Source: Octopus sinensis
Taxonomy: Eukaryota
NCBI RefSeq assembly: GCF_006345805.1
Contig: NC_043012.1
Span: 30,380,001-30,444,000 of the forward strand
Length of the DNA stretch: 64,000 bases
Reading direction: 5' to 3'
In this document: one piece after another, positions 40,903 to 54,255 of the stretch
Position numbering within the stretch: the stretch's first letter is position 1
How the letters are laid out: each line of letters opens with the position of its first letter
Made by a program: the position numbers and the translations under genes
The notes under the pieces: generated by a model
Told to the model about the DNA's origin: nothing
Seen by the model: only the letters and a program-made list of their open reading frames with translations
The model's database searches: none

Positions 40903-41854
40903 ATACACATGCGTACATATATGTGTGTGTGTGTGTGACATGTATACACGCATATGTAATGAAAGGGAGTGGGAGGAAAGCGTGGGAAATAATGAAGCGT
41001 AGGAAAGAGTTATAAAAGGAGAAAACCAGTGAGAAAGAGAGAGAGAGAGGATGGAGCGGGGGTGGTTGAAGAATGTTAGTTAAAGAGACATTTTCGTATA
41101 TCTCGTTAATGTATTTGTAATGGTAGGTTCTTTAACTGTTTTCTTCATGACTTGGTGGCAGATGTAAAACATGGTTTCGCTTATCGTCTTTCTTTTTTTT
41201 CTAACGGAGAACACAACAAAAGCTCCTTCGAACACCAGAGAGGCAAGAAGCTGACGACTGTTTGTGTCAGTAAAAGAAAATAACAGGATAATTGTGTATT
41301 TTGTTATAAGTAACGTCCGGGTGTTTCACACATATCATTCGTGTTCTTCGGGATTCTTTGAAACGGTGAGTCCAAGAGTGAAATTGACATACGTCCTTCT
41401 CCTGCCATATACGTTTGAATCACTCTTCGATTTAGCCTGATTGAATCATATCTAGCTTCCCGTTGAAGGTCAATGAGATGCTTTATTCACGGCACAACGA
41501 CATATGCAAATCAGCCGTGGTCAGGCCTCGACAGAATAATAGCTTATGCGCATCAATGTCGATATGGCTAGTGCCATACAGGTCCAGCGTGTTAGGACTC
41601 CTCACAAGACACGAACCACATCTACGTGATGCTTAGACCCGTCTGCATGGGATCCCAGCGGAGATAAAATAGCCCATGAAGCTGGCACGGCATCCATTTA
41701 TTGGATTTTAATGTAAATTTGGAGTTGTGGCACAAAGTAAATGGAGCAACAGTAATCGGCCATCTTGCTAAAAAACGGAAATGCAAAAGTGTTCATATGT
41801 GTGCGCGTGTATATATATACATAAACATATACATACATACATACATATATATAT

Positions 41855-42070
41855 ATTCTTTTATTCTTTTATTCTTTTACTTGTTTCAGTCATTTGACTG
41901 CGGCCATGCTGAAGCAGCAGCATTAGTTGAGCAAATCGACCCCAGGACTTATTCTTTGTAAGCCTAGTACTTATTCTATCGGTATTTTTTGCCGAACCGC
42001 TAAGTTACGGGGACGTAAACACACCACCATCGGTTGTCAAGCGATGTTGGCGGACAAAGACAGACACAAA
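41855..42070 (-). mobile_element. SINE family B tail
   Basis: ttcagtcatttgactgcggccatgctg...ccgaaccgctaagttacggggacgtaaacacacc. Confidence 0.9.
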
Positions 42071-42227
42071 CATACACACACACACACACCACACACACAC
42101 ACACAACACACACACACACACACATATATATATAATATGTATATATATATGTATATGTATATGGATGTATATATTTATATACGTACGTATGTATGTGTGT
42201 AATATATATATATATATATAGTATATA

Positions 42228-42268
<41 letters not shown>

Positions 42269-43394
42269 CGTGTGTCGCTATTTATCTGTCTGTCTATGTA
42301 TCGTTATATTTATATTTCATCAGGCTGAAGTTGTCAGCTTTTATTGAATTTTCACGAAGACGCTGGTTTTTTATAGAAACACTTGGCGCCGGGCAACGCC
42401 ATGTTGCTTCAGCAAGTCTTTTGAACATATTTCGAGATTTTATAACAGAAATCTGTGAATGCTTGGATGACGGAGAAGAAAGGAGCAGGAAGGGCGTTGC
42501 GTCTACTGCTGTGCACCTGTGGCCTCACTGTGCACCTTTTACCTCTCTACGCTCGGATTTTGAGTGGTGTATTATATACATGAACACACATTCATACACA
42601 CACATACATACATACATACATACACACGTATGTACATACATCCACACACACACAAACACGCGCATATATAGACGTTAATTTTATATATGTGTGTATATAT
42701 ACATATATACATACATTTTTCGCACTTACATACATGCACATACACATACACACTCAAACATATATACACGCTAATTTGTATATATATATATTTTACGTAT
42801 ATACATACATTCATACATGCATAAATGCATTCATACACGTATACATACATACATGCATGCATACATACGTTAGTATGCTGCAAGTCACGCGGCTGAGGCG
42901 ATGTTTGTAAATGCGCAGCCGAACCTGAAAATATATCTAGTTATATCCATATCTAAACCGCCAGGAACTCTTAACATTATTTTGGGAGACAATTAAAATC
43001 CAGCTAAACAAAACACGTGACAGGAATTATCAACTATACTTGGTTAAACAATGTTGTTGTAGAGACTGCTGAGAAGTAAAGAGAGGTGGGGGAGGAAAGA
43101 AGACACGCCGAGAGGACGGACGTACTTAACAAAAACGTGTACCACCCTACTTGTGTAATCCACTGACGGAGTCAAGATGTCAGGGGTGTGAAGTCCTTTC
43201 AGTACCAGGGGCATAGTATACAAGAACAAGCATTAGAAGCCATGAGAACGGATCTGGGGCGGGGGGGGGCAACATAATGAATAAATCTTGTAATATAACA
43301 ACTTCATAGATATAATAGAACTGGTATTCATTCATTCTTGAGGAATATATGCTGGCATTGTTTTATTGTATTCGTCTCAACCATATTCTCTTAC

Positions 43395-43800
43395 CGTATC
43401 TGTCTCTAGAGAAAATTACGAGTATTTGGCTGCGAATTTGTGTGCGAGTAAACGTTTGCTCTTGGTGGACGAGGGATTCTTTGGCTGTGTTCCAAGGGGT
43501 TGTAAGAACGGTTTCAAAAAGCTTGACCAAATCTCCTTTAAATCGTCCCCACCACTTAACAGTCGACTTAAAAATAAAAGAGAAGACCATTGGATCTTTT
43601 TCAGTTGGATCGTTCATTGACTGGAAAGTTTTTGACTGGAAAGTCGTTGGTCACGACTGGAAAGTTTTTTGGTCAAATCTAACGGAAGTGGATGTATTCA
43701 GTTTGACATAGAAATCCGATAGATGTATTGTGTGAAGAGCAAACAATAGAAACGCCAGGGAAAACGGCATCGTCGTCGCCGCTCCGCCGCCTCCACATAT
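43395..43800 (-). other. Candidate first exon (5' UTR and/or coding) of a minus-strand gene
   Basis: GC-rich start (ggcggcggagcggcgacgacg), ~400 nt of unique sequence, donor gatacg|GTAAGA at 43395, octamer ATTTGCAT upstream at 43945-43952; ATG43617 frame open for 74 codons to the donor. No homologue recognised. Confidence 0.45.
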
Positions 43801-44185
43801 GTATCGTGTGTGTATGCGTGTGTATATACTTGCATATATTGTATGCATAGAAAGAAAAAGTTGGTTATTCCTATCACCATCAATCATTCCACTCTAACAA
43901 TTACTGAAATGAATATTGTCATTTTGTTTTTGTTCTTAACTTTGATTTGCATTTTTTCCAACTCCGCACAAAGAAGAGCGACGTGCTTATAATGTGTTGA
44001 GCGATATTTAAAACAAAAGCGTCTTTTTGTATTCACGACGTTAGAATTCGGAGTATTTCATTTGTAACGAAGTCTTTTCTAGACACACACAAACACACAC
44101 ACACACACACACATGTATTACATACATATAATCTGTGTGTATATATGCATGTGTGTGAGTGTATATGTTATATATATATAATATA

Positions 44186-44242
<57 letters not shown>

Positions 44243-44396
44243 CATATATATATATAATATATATATTAATATATATATATACACACACACAATATATATA
44301 TATACATAAATATATATGTACATATATATAATATATAATATATCTATATATATATAATATATATATATATATATCCCACATATATATATAATCATA

Positions 44397-44429
<33 letters not shown>

Positions 44430-44474
44430 TATATATATATACATATATATACATATTTATATATATATATATAA

Positions 44475-44505
<31 letters not shown>

Positions 44506-45029
44506 CATATATACATATATAATATGTACACACACACACTTATAGGAGATATTTTATAGCCGTTAAAGGCGATTTGGGCGAGAATATTGAAAGGGTAGTA
44601 GATGGTTTGCGGCCCTGGTTGATAGCAGGGTACATATATCTGGGTGAATGGGTTAGTTTGGTCGTTTGGTTTATCTTCACTATTTCTTCTAATCTTTGAA
44701 CTCTTGTTTCTGACAACGCCCAACCACCTGACATGTATGTTCCAAGATTTTCTTTTTGGCTGACGGTTCACAGATCCATTTCAAAAACATAAATATAAGC
44801 GGAGTACAAAATTATCTAAAAGTAACGGGGCTTGTTAAAAAAATAAATAAATAACCTCTAAATGAGAATTTTGTAAGTGATTTACAAAAGTAGTTAGCCC
44901 TAAAAAAAAATAAGCAATGAAAATAAATAAAAAATACTTTTTTGTTATATTACCAAGTATCATCATCATCATCATCATCATCATCGCCGTCGTCGTCGTC
45001 ATCATCATCATTATCATCATCATCATCAT

Positions 45030-45260
45030 TAAGACGGCCAGTTAGCAGATTCGTTAGCAGGCCGGACAAGATGCTTAGTAGCCTTCCGTACGTTCTGGGT
45101 TCAAATTCGTAGAGGTTGTCTTTGCCTTTTCAGTCTTTCGGGTAGAGGGGGGAGGGTCGATAAAATAAGTACCAGTTGAACACTGGTGGGGGGTGGGGTG
45201 CGTAATCGACTTAAACCCTGCCCCCGAACTTGCTGGTCTTGTGCCAAAGTTTGAAACCAA
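45030..45260 (+). mobile_element. SINE family A
   Basis: gttctgggttcaaattc...tttgccttttcagtctttcgggg...gtcgataaaataagtaccagttgaacactgg. Confidence 0.85.
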
Positions 45261-46440
45261 GATTTATTCCCCCATCACCCAAGAACTTTTCTACGACTTA
45301 ATACTACTCTGCAGTCATAGTTTTTGTGACTGGAATTCATCCTAAAACTTGAGATGCAATTTTTTTATCATTCATTACAATATCGAATGCACATATGGAT
45401 GCTACCCCCAAGCAACACCGGTTGAGAAAACAAACAACAACTGACTATTAGTTATATCTTCAATTTGTACTTTCAGTCAGGCTGGAGCAATAACATTTTT
45501 GCTCTATAAATGTCATCCATTTTGTTCTATGAAGTTTCAAATCGGCCCCAATTAATTATGAAGTTCTAAATAAGTTCTCCTAAATGATCAATTCTACAAA
45601 TACCAACATTACGAACTACAAATGATGTTATTAACGTGGATTCCAATTTTGTTATTTTGCTACAAGAAAAGTAAACAGTTTTGATAATTCGTTTCGCAGT
45701 TTAGTTTATTACGGCAGTAAATTATTTTATGCTTAACTGAAAATGTAATTTTCGTTAAATCAATTTTCTGAACTCAAATATTAGCATTACATACTTCATA
45801 TAAAACTTTATCGCAATCGTGTTTTATTTCACTCGCTGGGTTTCATAATCGTGGATCCGTTAACCTAGATTTATCATACTTTGGCCAATTACTCATTGCA
45901 TAAATGGATAGAGTTTCGGAATAATCTGTTTCAATACATTAAATTATATTTTAAACAGTAACAATATTTTGTTGTTCATATTTTAACTTCTTCTCCTGAT
46001 GATACGGTTTATTCAATCACATTTAAATAGACTAATTATGTAAATTAATTATGTAATTATATAAATGACAATGTTTTTACATTTCCCTTGAAGCAGCTTT
46101 AGAGGAAAATTAGATTACGAATCGTCAGTGAAATTTATTTTTCTATTTAGGAAAAAATATTCCAATTATTGAATAAGGGAAATTTGTCAAAAAACATAAT
46201 TAGCGAATTCAAACTTCAGCTAACTTCGCGTGTAAAGTGTGATGTTCACGACGTCAAACAAATTGAAGGTGATATAAGTTCATTAATGACCATCTAGATT
46301 TCAATCACGTGACTCAATAATTTTGCCAACGAAAATTATCAGGGAGCCCTACGTTTGATATGCTGGAGACAGCATCTAAATATGTCTCGTATAATTTTAC
46401 AAAAATTTTACTGACTGCCCCACATTATATATATATAGAT

Positions 46441-46620
46441 TTACGTGTCACCGGCCACATTCAAATGGTGTTTTTTATGTGCCACCTGCACAGGAGCCTG
46501 TCCAGTGGCATTGGCAACGACCTCGCTCGAATGTTTTTCATGTGCCACCGGCACAAGTGCTCGTAAGGAGACGCTGGTAACGATCACACTCGAATGGTGC
46601 TTTTTACATGCCACCGAATT
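46441..46620. repeat. Imperfect tandem units (…tgccaccggcac…), probably LINE 3'-region derived
   Basis: gtcaccggccac / gccacctgcac / gccaccggcac / gccaccga at ~50-60 nt spacing; LINE link is from memory only. Confidence 0.55.
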
Positions 46621-47699
46621 TGATTTCGATTTCAATTTCACCTGCCTCAACAGGTCTTTTTTACCATATACGAGTTACAAATACTGTTGTTTGTGGAGAC
46701 TTATTTTTGTAATAATAGTAATGGTAACCTATTTGGCTGCTATTTCTAATATTTTCGGTATGTGGCTTAAGCAACTTGTTGTAAATAACCCTTTATTATA
46801 ATTATATATAATTTTTTTACTGAATATGGTCCTTTCCATACCGAATAAACTACTGGGTGAAAATTATTAATTTTATTAAATTAATTATATTTCACCCTTT
46901 ATATGTATCGAATACTATTACTCCCTTACAATGAATCTGCGAAACTTCGTTTCGGTGGTACTGTTTTTGTAACTCACGTGGTGAAATTTGGAGGGAGATA
47001 CGAATTTGCTTGTCTATATAAATGTGGAGATGCTGGCAGACTGTTATATCGTTCGATGTCGCCTGATCGAATAATATAATTGGTGAGTTTTTTCCTAGCA
47101 TTTCTAGATTTATAGGAAATATTGTGATGATAAGGAAATGAATTTTCGATTCTAATCCAGAAACGATCGTCCATAATTGATCCAAAGTAGACTGTGTGAT
47201 TTCGTTGTCTTCCTTCTTTTTACCATATACGAGTTACAAATACTGTTGTTTGTGGAGACTTATTTTTGTAGTAATAGCAATGGTAACCTATTTGGCTGCT
47301 ATTTCTAATTTTTTCGGTATGTGGTTTAAGCAACTTGTTGCAAATAACCCTTTATTATAATTATATATATATATAAGAGAATACCATTATAAATAATATA
47401 AATATGTATATAAATTATGCAGCTGTATAAATTTTTAAATATGATAGGAAAGTACCACATTGTAGGTATGCAAGAATTTTTTGTCCAAAATGTAACAAGT
47501 GCGTGCAGGATTGCAAACAACATATTCGCTAATCGTGACTCAATCTAGCAATACTGTTATGTTTGATTTGGCTTCCGTATGTTTACCAATCTCCCTCTCT
47601 CCTCTCTCTCTCCTTTCTCCTCTCTTTCTCCCCATATACACACATATGAGTGTCTGTATATGTACAGACACAGAGCACAAACATAAACATGCGTCTATT

Positions 47700-47736
47700 T
47701 GTATATATATTATATATTGTATATATATATATATTG

Positions 47737-47777
<41 letters not shown>

Positions 47778-48835
47778 TGCGTATATATGTAGGTAGTATA
47801 CATGCCACACACACAACACTGTCCCCTATATACATATATACAGACATGTGTATACATATATACATCCATATGCATATATGTATATATACGTATATATGTA
47901 TATGTGTGTCTAGTACGTAAAGATTGTTATGTGGTTTATTTTTTGAATGTGGATATATAAGTTTAATCATGAAAGCTGTATATTTATGTTGGAGATTTAT
48001 GAGCACACGCACGGACGCACCCCCCCCCCCCCCACATATATATATGGAACAGCAAGGGGGGAGAACAAGCGAAAGAGAGAAGAGAAAGGGGTAAAAAAAT
48101 GTGGTGTGTGTATGTAGCGGGGAGAAAGAAGACACCGCGTGCGTTTGTGGGAAACTGTATGTGTACGTGTGTGTGTGTGTGGTGTATGGAATAATTTATG
48201 GGTGTAACAGCAAGATAAACGCTCTACTAGAGATCAATAATATTGAGTTTCCATGGAGATGCATGCCTAATCTATGTTACTCTTCTCTTCTTACTAATCT
48301 CCCATGATATCACATTTATCATATATCTGGTCGTGTTTCTCGAAAGTCGTTCTCCACTCTCATCAATCAAGTTATTTCACCTGGATGAAGGTCTAATGAT
48401 CTTCTCTGTAATTAACATAATTAACATAATCTGTTATAGAAAAGAGATTTTAGTGGTGGAAGAGAGAATAAAAAACGGCGTCACATGAAGACAGAACGTG
48501 GAGCTCTCCACCACCCCCAAATATTAGCATCACGATTTCAAGTGTGGTATCTTGCTGCTCATTACGTAGCTTGAAAAAACATTTGTTTTATGTAATGTTT
48601 AGTGCTATTTGTGGATCTTCATTGTTGATTAGGATTATACACATACACGCACGCGCGCACACATAGTCAGCATTTGTATATTTCGAAAGATAGACGTATG
48701 GATAGATATTATTACAATAAAGATATGTGTACGTGTACGCATATTGTACTTTTGGAAATGAATGGATGTGTACTACTCACCTCAATTCTTGTTTCTCCTT
48801 TCTCTCCTACTCTTTCTTTCTCTGTGTGTATATTC

Positions 48836-48874
<39 letters not shown>

Positions 48875-49959
48875 TATATATATAAGTGCGTATATATGTA
48901 GGTAGGTATACATGAACACACACACACACTGTCACCTATATACATATATACAGACATGTGTATACATATATACATACATATGCATATATGTATATATACG
49001 TATATATGTATATGTGTGTGTCTATGTACGTATAAGATTGTATATGTGGTTTATTTTGAATGTGGATATATAAGTTTAATCATGAAAGCTGTATATTTAT
49101 GTTGGAAGATTTATGAGCACACGCACGGACGCACCCCCCCCCCCCCCACATATATATATGGAACAGCAAGGGGGGAGAACAAGCGAAAGAGAGAAGAGAA
49201 AGGGGTAAAAAAATGTGTGTGTGTATGTAGCGGGGAGAAAGAAAGACACCGCGTGCGTTTGTGGGAAACTGTATGTGTACGTGTGTGTGTGTGTGTGTAT
49301 GGAATAATTTATGGGTGTAACAGCAGAGATAAACGCTCTACTAGAGATCAATAATATTGAGTTTCCATGGAGATGCATGCCTAATCTATGTTACTCTTCT
49401 CTTCTTACTAATCTCCCATGATATCACATTTATCATATATCTGGGTCGTGTTTCGAAAGTCGTTCTCCACTCTCATCAAATCAAGTTATTTCACCTGATG
49501 AAGGTCTAATGATCTTCTCTGTAATTAACATAATTAACATAATCTGTTATAGAAAAGAGATTTTAGTGGTGGAAGTAGAAAGAATAAAAAACGGCGTCAC
49601 ATGAAGACAGAACGTGGAGCTCTCCACCACCCCCAAATATTAGCATCACGATTTCAAGTGTGGTATCTTGCTGCTCATTACGTAGCTTGAAAAAACATTT
49701 GTTTTATGTAATGTTTAGTGCTATTTGTGGAATCTTCATTGTTGAGTAGGAATTATACACATACACGCACGCGCGCACACATAAGTACATGCATTTGTAT
49801 ATTTCGAAAGATAGACGTATGGATAGATATTATTACAATAAAGATATGTGTACGTGTACGCATATCTGTACTTTTGGAAATGAATGGATGTGTACTACTC
49901 ACCTCATTTCTTGTTTCTCCTTTCTCTCCTACTCTTTCTTTCTCTATGTGTGTATATTC

Positions 49960-50040
<81 letters not shown>
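47700..50040. repeat. Tandem duplication with ~1109-bp period
   Basis: aagtgcgtatatatgtaggtag at 47775 and 48884; collinear throughout. Confidence 0.95.
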
Positions 50041-50043
<3 letters not shown>

Positions 50044-50240
50044 TTGTGTGTGAGTGTGTGTATATATATGTATGTTGCTGGAACAATCCGTCGACGAGCG
50101 TTCCATTGGATTCGATCAACGGAACAGCCTTCTCGTAGTCGCGCTTTCTCCGTAGTTTATCAATCCCCCGGGTTTGTTTACAAATATTATATGTTGTACT
50201 AGACAGTTAAGCATCTATATATAAAATTTGACTGAAATTT

Positions 50241-50334
50241 ATGGGTGAGTGTTCTGGCTCAATCGAATGCGCAAGGAACCATATTAGCGTTGATATGTGG
50301 GTTCGAGTCTAGCCTGAGTAAGCTCATCATTTTT
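50241..50334 (+). ncRNA. tRNA-like Pol III unit / isolated SINE head
   Basis: A box TGGCTCAATCG 50255-50265, B box GGTTCGAGTC 50300-50309, T5 at 50330-50334; no canonical cloverleaf. Confidence 0.35.
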
Positions 50335-51233
50335 CAATCAATTGTTTAGATAATGTCGCTTTAATTCGGAGTACATATATATTATTATTTTGATATAAAT
50401 ATTATTGCATAAGGAAGACTTTCGTAGTCGCTCTTTCTCCGGGTTTGTTAACAAATATTATACGAGTGTGTGTATACAGAAAGAAAGAGAGGGTAAGAGA
50501 GTAGCATATGTGTAAGATTGCGGTTATGTGTACACACCACACACACACACATATATAATATTTGCAAACAAACCCGGTGGCTTGATAAGTTACGGAGAAA
50601 GAGCGATTATGTAAATGTATATACATATGATTGTGTTCATATATATATTATATATATATATAAAATATGATATATATATATACATACATACATGCATATA
50701 TATATATATGATGTGTGAGTGGTTATTTACATCGTTCGCTTCATTTGTTTGTGTTGCGTAAAGAAGAAATATAACCCGCGCCATTGTACTTTATTTTATT
50801 CTTTCCTGCATATTATATGTGTGTGTATATATACAGAGAAAGAGAGGAGAGAAAGCGAGTGTAAGAGAGTGGCATATGTGTGGAGTTGCAGTTATGTATG
50901 TGTATATACGTATGTATGTCTGTGCTCATATATATATATATTGTATATATATATATTAAATATATATATACATACATATATATTATATATTTATGTATAT
51001 ATAATGTATATATATATATAATATATAATATATTTATGTATATATATGTATGTGTATATATATATATATATGTATACATATATATGTATATGCATATATA
51101 TATATAATATATGTATATATATATGTATGTATATATGTATAAATATATGCGTATGCATATATATGTATATATATATATGTGTATATATATATATATGTAT
51201 AATTATACATATGCATATATGTATATATATGTC

Positions 51234-51301
<68 letters not shown>

Positions 51302-52364
51302 CACACACAAACATACATACACGCGCGCACACATACACACACACATATATATATATTGTGAGAGTGGTTATCTGCATCGTCCACTTCATTTGTTTGTGTT
51401 GCGTAAAGAAGAAACATGATAACCCGCGCCATTTTACTTTATTTTATTTCTTGTCTATCATTTTTTTACTTTTATTTCCTCAAATTCTTTTATATTTGAG
51501 GAGTTTGACCTCCGTTGCCCTGAGAAAGCAAAGGAAAGAGAAGCTAACGGTCAAGATGTCTAGAAACAGTAACCGTGGGAAAATTAAAAAAACAACAGTC
51601 TTGTTGACCATCTCCTTGACCAGATGACCCTGTGTCGGGCTGTTTTCATCATATTTAGTTGAAGTGCAAAGAAAATGGATTGAACCAAAACACATTTTAA
51701 TTAAAACTGCTGAATATGTAATGATTATTTTCGTAATAAATGATTTTAATGGCGGCAAACGGCTATAAATAATGTAATGTATTACATTCAATAAACCTTG
51801 GATGGAAAAATGGTCGGAGGCTGTCTGGAGTCTCGTACCTACACCTTTCTTCTGTATCTATGACAATATGTCATCACATGCTTATTATATATAGCTGTTT
51901 CTATTTGAAGACTCAATCAGAAAATTATTTATTTCGTTTCTTCTCGAAGCCTGTACATTTTTACAATTAATTTTAATAATTAATTAGGACAACGAAAAAA
52001 AGAAAATTTAAGGAAGATTACTCCGAAATTCAAATAAACTACAGTGAAAGCAGACAATATGGAGCGAGTTTGATCGTTGTTAAGAACAATCAACACTTAT
52101 TTCTGCGGTATTAAACTTTCACAGGAAAGCGATGACATACCAGTACTTGTCTAATCTTAGAAAGACTAAAAGATATTTAAACATTTTCAGTGATAAAACA
52201 TTGGTAGATGTGGCATAATGTGCAGTATTTTGAGTGGATATCTTCTATGTTGTTGTTGACGATAAGTAGCCCCTGGTCATCTCTGCTGATGCAGACCCAC
52301 CTCTTGGAAGTAGGTGGTCTGAGATCTATGACCATCTTTTATCATTCTTCCGCTGTCGATATAG

Positions 52365-52403
<39 letters not shown>

Positions 52404-52843
52404 ACACAACACACACACAAATGGACACACATACGTATATATATATATTGATTGATTGATTGATTCCAGTTTCAGCTCATGAGCTGTGGCCATGCTGGGG
52501 CACCGCCATTTATATATATATGATTATAATATATAACGATGTGTGCGTGTGTGTATGCTTGTGTGTGCGCGTATGTGTAAGGAGTCGGTAACTTGGCTCT
52601 GTCAGAAGGGTTGTGGATAGAAGAGTCAGAACTTTCCTTCCTCCATTAAATGACGAAGGATTGAGTGAATTACTAGCGACATCTCCCCAAGGATAGAAAA
52701 AAAACAACAACAAAAGAAACGAGTATGCAACAGGAATCGTCTTGGGACTGGTCAACGAGGAAGGAAAAGGTACTGAAGACGAATATAAAAGAAAGACAGA
52801 TGGATAGATGCATGGTGGATTGGTTGGAAAGGTAGATGAGTCA

Positions 52844-52887
<44 letters not shown>

Positions 52888-53189
52888 ACACATACATCAA
52901 CACCACCACCCGCATATCGAGAGGGAGAGAGAAAGAGAGACGTATTGATAAGACGGTGGACAGATAATGAGGTTTGTTAAAAAGACAGAGAAATATAAAA
53001 TGTGACAGGTATAGATCAATAAACAGAGATAAACAAAATCAGTGTGCAGATCGATAGATCGATAAAACGTCTTATATGTGCGTATGTTTGTGGGTGTATA
53101 AAAGCAAGCTACCTCCCTTTCTCTCCCTCTCTCTCACATGCATATACACACACACACCATATGTGTATTCACATGCTTATATATACATA

Positions 53190-53350
53190 ATGCGTTTACG
53201 TCCCTGTAACTTAGCGGTTCGGCTAAGAGACCTATAGAATAAGTATTAGGCTTACAATGAATAAGTCCCGAGTTCGATATGCTCGACTAAAGGCGATGCT
53301 CCCGCATGGCCGCAGTCAAATGACTGAAACAAGTAAAAGAATAAAAGAAT
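53190..53350 (+). mobile_element. SINE family B tail
   Basis: gtttacgtccctgtaacttagcggttcggc...gcagtcaaatgactgaaacaagtaaaagaataaaagaa. Confidence 0.9.
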
Positions 53351-53373
53351 ATATATATATATATATATATATT

Positions 53374-53435
<62 letters not shown>

Positions 53436-53738
53436 GTATGTGTATGTGTATATATACGTATATATGTGTACATACGCACACACATATATATATATGTTTA
53501 ACATACATTTATATTTTCATTTGTTTCAGCCATGCAGCTGAATACATGGATATACGCATACACACACACACACACACACACACAACACACACACACACAC
53601 ACGCACCTCTCCACCCAAGCCGCCCTCCACCCAAGCCGCCCTCCACCCACCTTCTCCTATATTTAGTTCGGTGGCAATTAGCGTCTGAAAGAAATCACAA
53701 TAGCATAAGATGCAAATAGGAAAACACAACTTATACAC

Positions 53739-53739
<1 letters not shown>

Positions 53740-53782
<43 letters not shown>

Positions 53783-54169
53783 TAAACAAATTTATAAATA
53801 ACTAAGGACTCGATAACAACAACACCTCCACCCCCACATACACAATACACGGCCACCGCCATCGCAACCACCATCACCACTACTACCAACGAACATCGAT
53901 GCAAGGAAAAAAAACCCATTCCCACCACCACCATCACTGCTATCACCATCAGAACTCCTACCACCATCACCACGACTGTTATCACTACCACCATCACTAC
54001 CGCTACTATTACCACCACCATTGTCACCATCATCATTATCCTCATCATCATCGTCATCGTCGTCATCATCGCCATCATCATCATCATCATCACCATCATC
54101 ATCATCACCATCATCATCACCATCATCATCATCATCATCATCATCATCACCATTATCATCATCACCATT

Positions 54170-54201
<32 letters not shown>

Positions 54202-54223
54202 CACCATTATCATCATCACCATT

Positions 54224-54255
<32 letters not shown>

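Noticed and set aside
44481-44771. Overlapping open frames in unique sequence
   Set aside because: No recognisable domain or consistent splice sites.
46441-46620. CRISPR-like repeat-spacer appearance
   Set aside because: Repeats short and degenerate, spacers related to each other, eukaryotic context, no cas genes.
49495-49520. CUGAUGA-A-GGUC(UAAU)GAUC hammerhead-like start
   Set aside because: GAAA absent (UUCU follows) and the core is disrupted in the duplicate copy.
51400-51627. GPCR TM5-ICL3-TM6-like stretch (…RKQRKEK…[11 protein letters not shown])
   Set aside because: Begins in microsatellite, stops within the would-be TM6, and the upstream part is a locally duplicated repeat.
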